A stretch of 38,231 nucleotides of DNA from Candidatus Thorarchaeota archaeon. GTDB taxonomy: Archaea; Asgardarchaeota; Thorarchaeia; Thorarchaeales; Thorarchaeaceae. The position numbers and the translations under genes were made by a program. The notes under the pieces were generated by a model. That model ran no database searches, was not told where the DNA came from, and worked only from the letters and a program-made list of their open reading frames with translations. Within the stretch, counting starts at the first letter, position 1. Each line of letters opens with the position of its first letter. Positions 19,879-29,623 of the stretch are shown piece after piece. The stretch is from NCBI GenBank assembly GCA_038893995.1, contig JAWAQK010000020.1:1-38231 (forward strand), written 5' to 3'.

Positions 19879-19951
19879 CTAGTGTAGACCCTCTAGTGTA
19901 TATATACATTATTACGATAGCTTTACAATGACTGCATAAATGAGTGCATAA
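19879..19951. promoter_or_regulatory. AT-rich promoter/operator region upstream of the HTH gene
   Basis: Palindrome TGTATATATACA 19897-19908. Direct repeat CTAGTGTA at 19879 and 19893. Tandem ATGA(C/G)TGCATAA at 19928 and 19940. Confidence 0.45.
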
Positions 19952-20031
19952 CTTGCCTGGAAAGGCATGACACACCAGGAGTCAGACCCAGCCTCAAGCC
20001 AGGCCACGGACCATCTGATTGATTCATCCCT

Positions 20032-20598
20032 TCACTCTGGAGTGCTATTATCTGTTGGTGGTGTGTACCTGACTGGCAGACAGAAACCGAGGACCGCAAC
20101 GAAGAGACCGAGAACGTTCAGCCAGGCCCCCAGAGGGGCCATTCCATCTGAGTCCGTCAGCTGCCTCAGCCCCAAGTCTAGAGAGTCGGAACCAACAAGC
20201 CGGTCGATGCGTATCAAGTACTCGCCTGGATACAGATCCAGAACGGTGACCCGGTTGAATGAGGACGAACTGAGTCTGTCGGACTCTGTCATTGTGATGT
20301 TGAGTACCAGAGAGTCCAATGTGTCAATGTTCAGTATCAGCATGTCCAGTAGGGGTGGTTCCGCTGCATTGCGAACAAATGTTGTGACTTCCAATTGGGG
20401 ATAGTGGCCGGGTTCGTCAACTACTGTGAACGAGACCTCCCGTCCTGCGCCGAGGAAATGCCACCTGTAGTTGTAGGGAACATTGAGCAGGATCATTCCA
20501 CCCGTCACTATGACGGCCACGCTCGTCACGTATAGGAGCAGCTTTAGCTTCACCATCATTCGAGACATTCCGACTAGTCGCTCAGTCACGGCTACCAC
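20032..20598 (-). CDS. Hypothetical membrane protein (two TM helices flanking a beta-rich extracellular domain)
   Basis: Hydrophobic segments near both termini. 'LDLYPGEYLIRI' looks like a beta-sandwich strand. Confidence 0.65.
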   Translation of the reverse strand: MVAVTERLVGMSRMMVKLKLLLYVTSVAVIVTGGMILLNVPYNYRWHFLGAGREVSFTVVDEPGHYPQLEVTTFVRNAAEPPLLDMLILNIDTLDSLVLNITMTESDRLSSSSFNRVTVLDLYPGEYLIRIDRLVGSDSLDLGLRQLTDSDGMAPLGAWLNVLGLFVAVLGFCLPVRYTPPTDNSTPE

Positions 20599-20720
20599 AT
20601 ATATGTCATTCTGATGGCGTATTCAGCACGAGCAGGCAGGCGTGAACCACATTGTTTAAATCACCGGAACCTTCCCCAGCCTTGACCTGACAAGGCACTG
20701 CAAAAGGAGCTCGGTCCGAT

Positions 20721-21104
20721 ATGTGGTTTGAGATCGCGTTGATCATCTGGCTTCTGAACCTGATCTTCTTCACCATATTCTGGATAGTTGCTGAGGGCGC
20801 CCGCTGGCAGAAACATAGAACGCTGGGCCCGTTTGCACGATTCATCCAGGCGAATCCCGCAAGAACCTTCTTTGTATTCATGAGCCTCACGATATTGATG
20901 GTTGTATTCACGATGATGCTCCCGCTCGGTTACTGGATCGACGTGTTCCCTAATATCCCGAACTCAACAGCGCCTGTCGTGAACGGGCTTGTGTTGTCAC
21001 TCTTGCTACTCTCAGTTGGGATCAGTGTCACATGGGGAAAGTACCGTTCGTGGAGACAGGCCGTCCGTAGCGCTGCCGAGATGAGAGTGAAGACAACAAG
21101 ATAG
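20721..21104 (+). CDS. Hypothetical three-TM membrane protein
   Basis: Three hydrophobic stretches and a basic C-tail. GGAG upstream and TTTAAA at about 20655. Confidence 0.7.
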   Translation: MWFEIALIIWLLNLIFFTIFWIVAEGARWQKHRTLGPFARFIQANPARTFFVFMSLTILMVVFTMMLPLGYWIDVFPNIPNSTAPVVNGLVLSLLLLSVGISVTWGKYRSWRQAVRSAAEMRVKTTR

Positions 21105-21322
21105 TGGACGCCGCGAGTCATCTTCAGTGGGATATGGCAGTCTTCGGACAACTGCATGGCGCGCTCATTGCCAGGAGGGGAGGTGGTCAACGGATCCCTC
21201 CACCTCCAGCCCGCTCATGTCAAGGAAACCACTGCTGACACATCTCTTATCTTCCTGCAGGCACGTCGAGGATTGCAGAAGTCCCTGATTGCTGTTTGCC
21301 ACTGGCCCTCCGCCCTGAGAAA

Positions 21323-22807
21323 CTACTGACTTGGTCGTCTCTTGGTGTACCAGAATGCCAGCACTACTACGAGCCCCACGACAACACCGCCCACGACAAT
21401 GTAGGGACCGTACACCGTGATGAAGTCGTTAGGCCATATCTCAGCCAGCTCCAGTCCGGCGTCCCTCCATGAGTCTGCAATGCCCAGGAGGTGTGAGGAT
21501 AGCTCCGCGAGACCCTGAGAGTAGGTCTCGAGTGCAACATCTATGTTCCCAGTGGAGTTGTAGTGCTCTGCAATCTGTCTGAGGACAGTCGATGCAAGAC
21601 CATCGCAGGCCGTCAGATTGCCCGGATCGATCAGAGTCTTGTTGTTCGATAGGGCTGCGAAATGAGGTAGTGCCAGCTCTCCCTTTTGAATGAACTCTGT
21701 CAGATTGACTCCGACGAGATACTTCGGCAGTCTGTACAGTGCAGCACGATAGGCGAGGTACTGTAGCGTGACCTGTGCCTCGATGCCTATCCCTATGTAC
21801 CTCAAGAGCGCCGTCTTGAACTGCCTCTCATTGGCAATACCATCGAAGATTCCGAGATAGCCCCTGATGACATCAGCAGTCATGTCTGCGCTCATCTTTC
21901 TGAAGCCCCGCTCCCCGAAGGACCAGAGAAAGGCACTCTGACTCCCTGGTGCGTACCTCTGACTGTCCCCCAACAACAGGTCTCGGACATATGGCCCGAT
22001 CTGTGATGTCGCGTCCGCCACCGGAGTGCCACCCGGCTTGATGATGACCGAGATGTAGTACCTCGAGGACCACGCTGATTCAAGGGCTGTGTAGGATATC
22101 TGACTGTAGTTACCACGGCCATCGTAGGGATAGCCAAAGTCTGCTCCGAATGAGCCCACGCCCGGGTCGATTATTGTGACTGTGCCTGCCGTATCATCGT
22201 AGCCAACCACCACGACACCATGGCCACCGCCAGTCTGATTACGTGCCCTCAGGATATCGTAGTCGCTGATAGGAAGCCACCTGGGATCCACACTGATGAG
22301 AACTGGGTTTCCTGAGTCGATGGATGAACGAATGAGCGAGAATGCCTCGGATGAGCTCCTGATGAGTCCTGCATTGACACCCATCTGACGGAGTTGCTCC
22401 AACTGCGACTCTGCACTTGGTACCTGATCTCCAAAGTACAGGGTGTAATTCAGACCATACAGGTCTGTCACGAACTTCACCGGGAATATCTGCTGAAAGA
22501 ATGCTCCAGGGTATATCAGGATGGTGTCATTGTACCTGATGTAGGCGAACGAGAAGCCCACTCCAGTGAGCGCCAAGACGTCATGAAGGTCCGCATCGAC
22601 CCCTACCGACTGAAGTAGTATCGATGTCCCAGCCCAATTGCAGAACCCGTTGATCTCTTGCCACACATATGGTACGCCACTGACTATCCCTTGACCTAGT
22701 GGGACCATGCCCTGCGTGTCTCGGATCACCGTTGCAGCGTCCGCCGTTCCAGAGGTCGACCCCATGATGAGGAGAGAGAAGATAATCACACAGACCGTGA
22801 GTCTCAT
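21323..22807 (-). CDS. Secreted, membrane-anchored C39-like (papain-fold) peptidase family protein
   Basis: Signal peptide, 'VPYVWQEINGFCNWA' (Q..C), 'GNPVLISVD', 'GHGVVVVGYD', 'IIDP', and a C-terminal TM followed by KRR. Confidence 0.75.
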   Translation of the reverse strand: MRLTVCVIIFSLLIMGSTSGTADAATVIRDTQGMVPLGQGIVSGVPYVWQEINGFCNWAGTSILLQSVGVDADLHDVLALTGVGFSFAYIRYNDTILIYPGAFFQQIFPVKFVTDLYGLNYTLYFGDQVPSAESQLEQLRQMGVNAGLIRSSSEAFSLIRSSIDSGNPVLISVDPRWLPISDYDILRARNQTGGGHGVVVVGYDDTAGTVTIIDPGVGSFGADFGYPYDGRGNYSQISYTALESAWSSRYYISVIIKPGGTPVADATSQIGPYVRDLLLGDSQRYAPGSQSAFLWSFGERGFRKMSADMTADVIRGYLGIFDGIANERQFKTALLRYIGIGIEAQVTLQYLAYRAALYRLPKYLVGVNLTEFIQKGELALPHFAALSNNKTLIDPGNLTACDGLASTVLRQIAEHYNSTGNIDVALETYSQGLAELSSHLLGIADSWRDAGLELAEIWPNDFITVYGPYIVVGGVVVGLVVVLAFWYTKRRPSQ

Positions 22808-23001
22808 GATGATCGACTGTATCTGAATACAGAGGTCCTTAAAGGTGATGTGAAGAGGTCAATCTGTCTGCGTCTGCTACTGCAGGGGGACGAACTGGAC
22901 GTGTAGAATACACGTGTAGGTCCCCCAGGAATGTCGACAGGTGAAGTATGTACCGTCCATGTTCTGCATGGAGGGCGAACCAGTGAACAGAGTGACCTCG
23001 C

Positions 23002-23691
23002 ATGACACGACGTACTGAGGCTATCTACTCAAGTGTTGTGCACGCATATGAGATGGTGAATCATCTGACCACATTCTGGCTGGACTCGTTATTCAGGCGT
23101 AGGGTCGCAACGCTTGTCGCTCATCGCCCAGGGGGAGTGTGGGCTGACATGGGATGTGGCACAGGGGAGACGTTCTCGCTGCTTCGACGGGAGGCGAAGC
23201 GGGGTCAACGGATCGTCGGCGTAGACATATCTATGCCAATGTTGCGCGCCGCTGCTGGGAGGGGAGAGAACGATGTCCAACTAGTCCTTGCTGACGCCAG
23301 GAGTCTTCCGTTCAGGGATGGTTCTGTACAGGTCCTTGTGAGTACGTACGCACTACGTGGTATATGCGATGAGGAATGTCATCCGACCGGGCAGTTCAGA
23401 GAGTTCAGGAGGATTCTACGACCGAACGGCTGCGTCGTTGTCCTCGAGACAAGCAGGCCTGAATCCTGGTTCGTGAGATTCCTCTTCAGGACATATGTGT
23501 CGCATGTCGTCACTCCACTCGGCTCGCTGATCTCTGGGGCTGCCCTCTCGTATAGGTTTCTTCGGGACAGTATCATCGGATTCTACTCAGCACGGGGGCT
23601 CTCATCCATCATGATCAACGCGGGGTTCAGGAAGGTCAGATACGAGAGTCTCATGCGGGGCATGTTCGCGCTGCATCAGGCCGTTGCGTAG
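23002..23691 (+). CDS. UbiE/MenG-family SAM-dependent methyltransferase
   Basis: 'YEMVNHLTTFWLD', 'DMGCGTGE', 'GVDIS..ML', 'ADARSLPF', 'RILRPNG..VVLE' and 'YRFLRDSI'. Confidence 0.88.
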   Translation: MTRRTEAIYSSVVHAYEMVNHLTTFWLDSLFRRRVATLVAHRPGGVWADMGCGTGETFSLLRREAKRGQRIVGVDISMPMLRAAAGRGENDVQLVLADARSLPFRDGSVQVLVSTYALRGICDEECHPTGQFREFRRILRPNGCVVVLETSRPESWFVRFLFRTYVSHVVTPLGSLISGAALSYRFLRDSIIGFYSARGLSSIMINAGFRKVRYESLMRGMFALHQAVA

Positions 23692-23731
23692 ACAGACAGC
23701 GGAGACTCTGAGAGTCCCAGAGTCAGCCTCA

Positions 23732-25063
23732 CTACGACGACTGACGTGTGATCTCCCTGACGCGCTTCTCTCGTGAGGCCTCAGTACTCTTTATCCGGCG
23801 CTTTCGGTCCTCGATGTACTTCAGGACTGACTGGACATCTCGGTCTCGTCGCGTCCTCGCACGGTCGTAGTCGTCAGTCGCGTCCCTGAGTTCATTTCTT
23901 GCCTGACGCAGCTGCGCCTCCAGAGACTCCACTCTGGTCCTCTTCTCCTCCATTACCCTGTGGTATCGTTCGACATCCTCATCCAGGCGAGACCGAGTTG
24001 TGGAAAGCTCTCTCTCTGCCCTGCTCAGTTCCTCTCTGAGCCGAGACAGCTCGCTATCCATCTCTCTCAGACGAGGGTCGTCGTAGGTGAGAGACCTCGT
24101 TTCGGAGGACTTGATCTCTGTCTTCAGGGACGAGTAGGATCCCGTTAGACCGGCTGTGGGACCGGCTGGCGTACCCTGAATCAGGGGCGTCTCCCTGGCC
24201 TCGGATACTTCTGCAGGTTTCGAATACTGTAGAGTCGGAGCAGGTCGAGATGCTGGTGTCACGACCGTTGGAGGCTGACCAGTGCCAGAGGCAGGAGCAG
24301 TACTTGATCCTATGGGACCTCCCGCAGGTCCAACAGGCGAAGTTCCTCCAATGGGCGACGTAATGGGCGCGACCGGGCTGGAGGGACCGGGGACTGACGA
24401 GGGAGGACCGGCGGACCGAACGGGTGGAGGGGACTGTGGGGTTCCCGCGCCTACCGGGAATGCCGTGGGAGAAGTGGACTGAGTAGGTGAGGCAGCGGGT
24501 CTGACTGCAGTCTCGGGACTCGCATGTGGGGCTGGTGTACTGATGGGGGTACTCACCCGTGGCGGGCCGCCGGGGGGTACGAAGACCGTGGAACCGGGGA
24601 CTGACGGGGCCACCTGCTGTGGAGAGGGCCGCCCCATACCGGTCTCAACAGATGGAGTTCGAGCAGATGCTGACACTGTGGGCTGGGGTGAAACGGTCGG
24701 CGACTGCATGAGCGCCCTGAGCTCACTTGCCCGGACCATCCTCTGTTCGGGATCGGTCTTGTCTGCGACTGCAAAGGCCTCGCGAGCCTTCTCGAGTTCA
24801 GTCTTCTCGATGTGTCGTTGACCGGTCCTTATTCGCTCTTTTGAAACTTCAGACGGACGCACCCACCGATCTCCAGTAGTCACGCCCAGAGTCTCGGGGG
24901 GGCGCACAACCGGGTCCGGTCTTGTCTGGGACACGGCGGAAGATATCGTGGGACTCGGCGCCTCTTTCGACCCCACTTGAGTCGACAGCAGTGAGGCACC
25001 ACAACGGATACAGAACTTGCGAGTGGGCTGGTTGGCCTTACCACAGCTCTGACATGTCAGCAT
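23732..25063 (-). CDS. Zinc-ribbon protein with proline-rich disordered linker and C-terminal coiled coil (paralog of 9068..10075)
   Basis: CQSC...CIRC N-terminus nearly identical to the 9068 protein, a P/S/T/G-rich middle and an R/E-rich heptad C-terminus. Confidence 0.78.
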   Translation of the reverse strand: MLTCQSCGKANQPTRKFCIRCGASLLSTQVGSKEAPSPTISSAVSQTRPDPVVRPPETLGVTTGDRWVRPSEVSKERIRTGQRHIEKTELEKAREAFAVADKTDPEQRMVRASELRALMQSPTVSPQPTVSASARTPSVETGMGRPSPQQVAPSVPGSTVFVPPGGPPRVSTPISTPAPHASPETAVRPAASPTQSTSPTAFPVGAGTPQSPPPVRSAGPPSSVPGPSSPVAPITSPIGGTSPVGPAGGPIGSSTAPASGTGQPPTVVTPASRPAPTLQYSKPAEVSEARETPLIQGTPAGPTAGLTGSYSSLKTEIKSSETRSLTYDDPRLREMDSELSRLREELSRAERELSTTRSRLDEDVERYHRVMEEKRTRVESLEAQLRQARNELRDATDDYDRARTRRDRDVQSVLKYIEDRKRRIKSTEASREKRVREITRQSS

Positions 25064-25220
25064 CTGGACTCACCCTAGTGCTACCTTCAGTGTACTAGTA
25101 GTTGCAAGACCTGTACATATTCTTTTGGGGGCAACCAACTCTGAGAGAGGCTGGCTAGAGCTGCTCGTTGTTTCGTTCCTCGACCGATGCGGCGATCAGC
25201 AGGATGAATGTCGTTGGCCT

Positions 25221-26618
25221 TCACCCCACCACTGTGAAACCGTCGAAGACAAGCGAGGGAGCGACCACACCAAAGCGCGTCACTCGTGAGTCACTTCCAA
25301 TGGCCCTCAGGTGTCTTAGGCCCTCGTAGAAGTTTCCAGCAATCGACACTGGCTGAAGTGGTCCAACGACCTCACCGCGATTGACCAGCAGCACACTATT
25401 GGCGACTATCGAGAACTCGCCCGTTGAAACGTCCGAGTGGAATATTCCCAGTGGAAAGTCACGTATCAAGACGGCCTGACCGTCAATGGAACTCACCAGA
25501 TCCTCCAGTGTCCCTCTCCCAGGTTCGACACGGACCTGGTGGGCAGATACGCTCAAGACCGACTCGTAGGGAAGACGACCGCCGAACATCTCGCTCCCCC
25601 GACTGCAGTTCCCTGTGGACTCCAGGCCAAATGCACGACCGTAGTACGAGTCGAACAGGTAGCTCTTCAGTATCCCATCTTCGATAAGGACCGTGCTCTG
25701 CTGGGGATGGCCCTCTGCGTCTATAGCTCTTGTGCGCATTCCGTCGGGCGATTGCCCGTCATCTACCACTGTCAGGTGCTTTGGCCCTATTGCGTCGCCG
25801 ATCCTGTCGCAGAGTGGAGAGACACCATCCACAACGGGTTGTCCAGTCACCGACTCGCCAACACTAGCCCTGAAGTACAGAGCGGACGGGATTTGGGTCC
25901 AGACAGTGGTCAGCTGACCTGTAAAGTCGAGCTTCTTGGCGCGGAGCAGCCGGACTGCGTTCTGTGCAGCGGCCTCTCCAAGTCCCTCTGGTCTGACGAC
26001 TCGGTCAACAGCAACGTCATACTCGTAGGAGGACCGTCTCTCCTCGTTCAGCTGGGCCTGAGCATCGACTGCACAGTAGTTCATACCAAAACGAGTCGCA
26101 GCCAAGATTCCTCTACTGTTTGATACCGCATAGGCGCCCCAGGAGACACTCGCTGCCGCGCTCACTGTCTTGATGTGGTCATCAGACGAGGATGCATCGT
26201 GGGCCATATCCCTGCAGATCCTCACGAGTTCATCAGTGTGTAGCTCGAGTATCCTCTTGTCAAAACGGGACTCAGAGGCTGAGGGTCTTGGATCGTCGAA
26301 TCCCTTGAAGCGTTTGTCCTCACCCCTCATGCTCTTTACGACCGATATCGCCTCCTGGATACTGTGTCGGACTCTGTCCACTGTCATGCCAGATGAACAT
26401 GCAAACGCGACCCGTGTACCCAAGGCGGCGCGGACGGCACTTCCAGCAATCGCACCATGAGTTGCAGTGGCCCTACCCTGGTCCACCTCTGCCTCATTCG
26501 AGTCCTCGTAATACACAAACACCTCGTATTCCAGACCACTGTCGAGTCGACGAGCAATCTCGATCGCACGATCTGCCACAGACAGCAGTTCGTCCTTTAT
26601 TGTGTCATAGTTCATCAT
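25221..26618 (-). CDS. pmbA: TldD/PmbA family, non-catalytic PmbA/TldE-type subunit
   Basis: 'DAEGHP....LIEDGILKSYLFD', 'STGN', 'STGEFS' and 'IAGNFYE'. No HExxxH. Confidence 0.88.
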   Translation of the reverse strand: MMNYDTIKDELLSVADRAIEIARRLDSGLEYEVFVYYEDSNEAEVDQGRATATHGAIAGSAVRAALGTRVAFACSSGMTVDRVRHSIQEAISVVKSMRGEDKRFKGFDDPRPSASESRFDKRILELHTDELVRICRDMAHDASSSDDHIKTVSAAASVSWGAYAVSNSRGILAATRFGMNYCAVDAQAQLNEERRSSYEYDVAVDRVVRPEGLGEAAAQNAVRLLRAKKLDFTGQLTTVWTQIPSALYFRASVGESVTGQPVVDGVSPLCDRIGDAIGPKHLTVVDDGQSPDGMRTRAIDAEGHPQQSTVLIEDGILKSYLFDSYYGRAFGLESTGNCSRGSEMFGGRLPYESVLSVSAHQVRVEPGRGTLEDLVSSIDGQAVLIRDFPLGIFHSDVSTGEFSIVANSVLLVNRGEVVGPLQPVSIAGNFYEGLRHLRAIGSDSRVTRFGVVAPSLVFDGFTVVG

Positions 26619-26627
26619 GACCAACTC

Positions 26628-28052
26628 CTACTGTGCCTTTCCACCGAAGGTGACACCATCCATCAGCAATTCAGGACCTCCCGAACCTACCGGGAGTGGC
26701 GACTGAGCATGCTTGCCACATCCTCCGAAGTAACCACTCCACAGCCTCAGATCTCTCGTGGCTCCCTCGACTCGTCCCAGTAGCTCCAGGATGTTGCCGG
26801 ACAGAGAGACCTCGAGGATCGGATACTGTATCTCACCATGTTCCACCCAGTAACCCCGCAATGCCTTGAAGAGGAAACTTCCGTCTCCCTCGACCTGACC
26901 TCCATACGAACCTATCGCGTACACACCCGTCTTCAGTAACTCCATCGCCTCATCATGAGTCAGATCTCCAGGTTCGAAGTACGTGTTGGTCATCCGGACT
27001 ATCGGCGCAAAGGAGAAGTCAACGGCCCTTGCGTTGCCTGTAGGGGACTGACCCAGGGCTCTTGCAGTTCCGCGATCGTGTAGGTAGTGGTTCAGGACAC
27101 CATTCTGAAGGACGACTGTACGAGTCGCTGGAGTACCCTGGTCGTCGAATGGCACAATCAGGCCTCCATATTTCTCCACATCTGGCATACCCGTGTCGAC
27201 AATGGTGGCGTGTTCAGTGCCAAGTCGCTGACCAGTCTTGCCAGTCAGCGGAGAGAGACCAGTGACTACAAAATCAGCCTCGCTGAGATGGCCGAACGAC
27301 TCATGGGCGAGCACGCCGCACAGTCGGCTCTCTATGAGTGCACGGAACCTCCCCGCGGGGCACATCCGGGCCTTCTTCTGGCCGACTATGGTCTCACCGG
27401 CAAGCGTCCCGATGGCTTCGGGGGTCTTGTCCTTGATCTGAAAATGCTCAAGTCCAAATGTGCCACCAGAGCCCTCGAAAGCGACTACTGCATTTCCGCT
27501 GTCTGACCGCGCGACTATGCTCACACGAAGATCACAGATCAAGAACTCCCAGCTGATCTCTGACCGATCGCTGTTGACCACTGTCTTGGTACCATAGAGC
27601 TCACCGTACATTCCTCGGATGTTCTTTGCATCGGGAACTATAGACCTGGCCGTGTCAGTCACTCTCTGAACCAGGTCCATCTTTGATGACTGGTCAACTT
27701 CTGACGGATGCATCCTGGGGGAGAGTATCCTGTGCCGATGTTCCCTCCGCTGGGGCATCTCTGCAAGCGGAAGCCTCATGGTCGATGTCTCTGACGACAC
27801 CTTCGCCATCTTGACGGCAGTCGCTACGGCACTGTCAATGTTCTCCCTGTCAGTAATCGCAGTGAACGAGTATCCGAGAACTCCGTCAACGTAGCAGCTC
27901 ACTCCTATGCCATTCCTGGACTTGGACATGATGTTCTTCCAATGCTCGTCGTGACGTGATATCGTCCGGAGGGTCAGATCCTCGTGCCTCGCAATGACAA
28001 ACTCTGCCCCGAGTGACTCTCCTTTCTCAACACAGTGGTTCAGCAGATCTAT
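26628..28052 (-). CDS. tldD: TldD metalloprotease
   Basis: Zn motif 'HESFGHLSEAD', 'FDDQG', 'PTGNARA', 'PIVRMTNTY' and 'GCGK..Q...VGSGGP'. Start uncertain (see findings). Confidence 0.92.
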   Translation of the reverse strand: MDLLNHCVEKGESLGAEFVIARHEDLTLRTISRHDEHWKNIMSKSRNGIGVSCYVDGVLGYSFTAITDRENIDSAVATAVKMAKVSSETSTMRLPLAEMPQRREHRHRILSPRMHPSEVDQSSKMDLVQRVTDTARSIVPDAKNIRGMYGELYGTKTVVNSDRSEISWEFLICDLRVSIVARSDSGNAVVAFEGSGGTFGLEHFQIKDKTPEAIGTLAGETIVGQKKARMCPAGRFRALIESRLCGVLAHESFGHLSEADFVVTGLSPLTGKTGQRLGTEHATIVDTGMPDVEKYGGLIVPFDDQGTPATRTVVLQNGVLNHYLHDRGTARALGQSPTGNARAVDFSFAPIVRMTNTYFEPGDLTHDEAMELLKTGVYAIGSYGGQVEGDGSFLFKALRGYWVEHGEIQYPILEVSLSGNILELLGRVEGATRDLRLWSGYFGGCGKHAQSPLPVGSGGPELLMDGVTFGGKAQ

Positions 28053-28540
28053 CGTACTCTCACCACCCAGACCTTGCTCAGGGCTACGAGCATCCGCACT
28101 TAAGCTTTGGCGATAAGGGGTAGTCAGGGACAGGGCCAAGATGACATTGCTGTTCTCGACACGAGCGGACCTGGCCACATGCAGCATCCACAGGTCAGTC
28201 CTGTCTCTGGAAGACTGGCTGGTGCATCAATGTTCCCCCCCATGCATACCCGCCTCTCAGTTGAGAAGAGCAGGACTGACTCTCAGAGGAACATGGAACT
28301 CGTCATGGTCGGCTCTGGCAGCCCACTGCCAATCTCAGAAGTCGAATCCAACACCAGACCGAGACCGCCGACGTCAGGCGCGGGCGTGAGTGACGAGGCT
28401 CCTAACTGGGACGTCTCAGAGAGAAAAATAATTAGGACCCAGGAGAGGTGCCGGCGACCAGAAGGCAGGCTGCTCAGTCCGTGAGAGGTCTGATGCCGTG
28501 CTGCACGCCACAGGCATACTGCTAGTGGGTCGGGATACCC

Positions 28541-29623
28541 ATGAACTATCATATCGTGCTCACTCGAAGGTGCAACCTCAACTGCAGGTACTGCCACGGG
28601 GGAGAGGAGATAGGTCCACAGACAGAGGTCACCTACGACATCGCAGACCTGGCCAGGTTCCTATCGCAGGACCCAGAGCCTGTACTGCTCTTCTACGGGG
28701 GAGAGCCCACCCTCAGACCACGGCTGATGGCGGAGATAATGGACAGCCTGCCCTCAGCAACCTGCATGCTGCAGACAAATTCACTGATGCTTGATAGTGT
28801 GCCAGAGAAGTATATCCATCGCCTACACTCAATACTTGTCTCTATTGATGGACCACGCGAGCTGACGGACTACTACAGGGCTCAGGGAGTATACGACAGA
28901 GTGATCTCCAGTGTCAGATGGTTGAGGCGCATAGGCTACAGGGGGGATATCGTGGCCAGGATGACGGTCTCAGAACAGACAGACATCTACGAGGCCGTGT
29001 CGCATCTCCTCAGGCTACGGAATCCGCACTTCGACCACGTTCACTGGCAGCTGAATGTGGTATGGTCTGCCGAGGACAACTGGAGCGACTTTGACGGATG
29101 GCTGCACCGGTCGTATATGCCCGGGATAACGAGACTGGTTGACGACTGGGTAGAAGCGATGAGGTCTGGGACGGTCATGGGGATCGTGCCATTCATCCCT
29201 GTCATGTACTCGATACTGACCGATACCCCGAGTGGACTGAGATGCGGCTCTGGACTCGACACGTTTGCTATTCACGTGAACGGGTCGATCGGAGTATGTC
29301 CGATCTCGCCAGACTGGGACTTCTCTATCGTCGGGGATATTCGCAGTACTAGGCCACAGGACCTCAGAAACATCATGCCGGTCACCGAACCGTGCCCCTC
29401 GTGCGAAGAGTTCTGGTTGTGTGGGGGCCGGTGTCTGTTTGCCAACAAGCAACGACTGTGGGGAGAGTCAGGCTTTGCTGCCATCTGTGAGTCGGTCAAA
29501 CACATGCTCGCGGAACTGAAGACCCGCAGACAGGAGGTCCAGGGATTGATTGACGACGGGACCATCTCACTCTCTGACTTTGAGTATCCGGAGTACAACA
29601 ATGGTTGTGAAGTGATCCCCTAG
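28541..29623 (+). CDS. Radical SAM/SPASM-domain protein (archaeal AF0577/TIGR04084-like)
   Basis: CNLNCRYC, 'FYGGEP', 'QTN', 'SIDG', and SPASM cysteines 'CGSG...CP...CPSC....CGGRC...C'. Confidence 0.88.
   Translation: MNYHIVLTRRCNLNCRYCHGGEEIGPQTEVTYDIADLARFLSQDPEPVLLFYGGEPTLRPRLMAEIMDSLPSATCMLQTNSLMLDSVPEKYIHRLHSILVSIDGPRELTDYYRAQGVYDRVISSVRWLRRIGYRGDIVARMTVSEQTDIYEAVSHLLRLRNPHFDHVHWQLNVVWSAEDNWSDFDGWLHRSYMPGITRLVDDWVEAMRSGTVMGIVPFIPVMYSILTDTPSGLRCGSGLDTFAIHVNGSIGVCPISPDWDFSIVGDIRSTRPQDLRNIMPVTEPCPSCEEFWLCGGRCLFANKQRLWGESGFAAICESVKHMLAELKTRRQEVQGLIDDGTISLSDFEYPEYNNGCEVIP

Noticed and set aside
24200-24720. Possible tandem DNA repeat or CRISPR in the GC-rich stretch
   Set aside because: The low complexity is explained by Pro/Ser/Gly/Thr codons. 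There are no regular repeat-spacer units.
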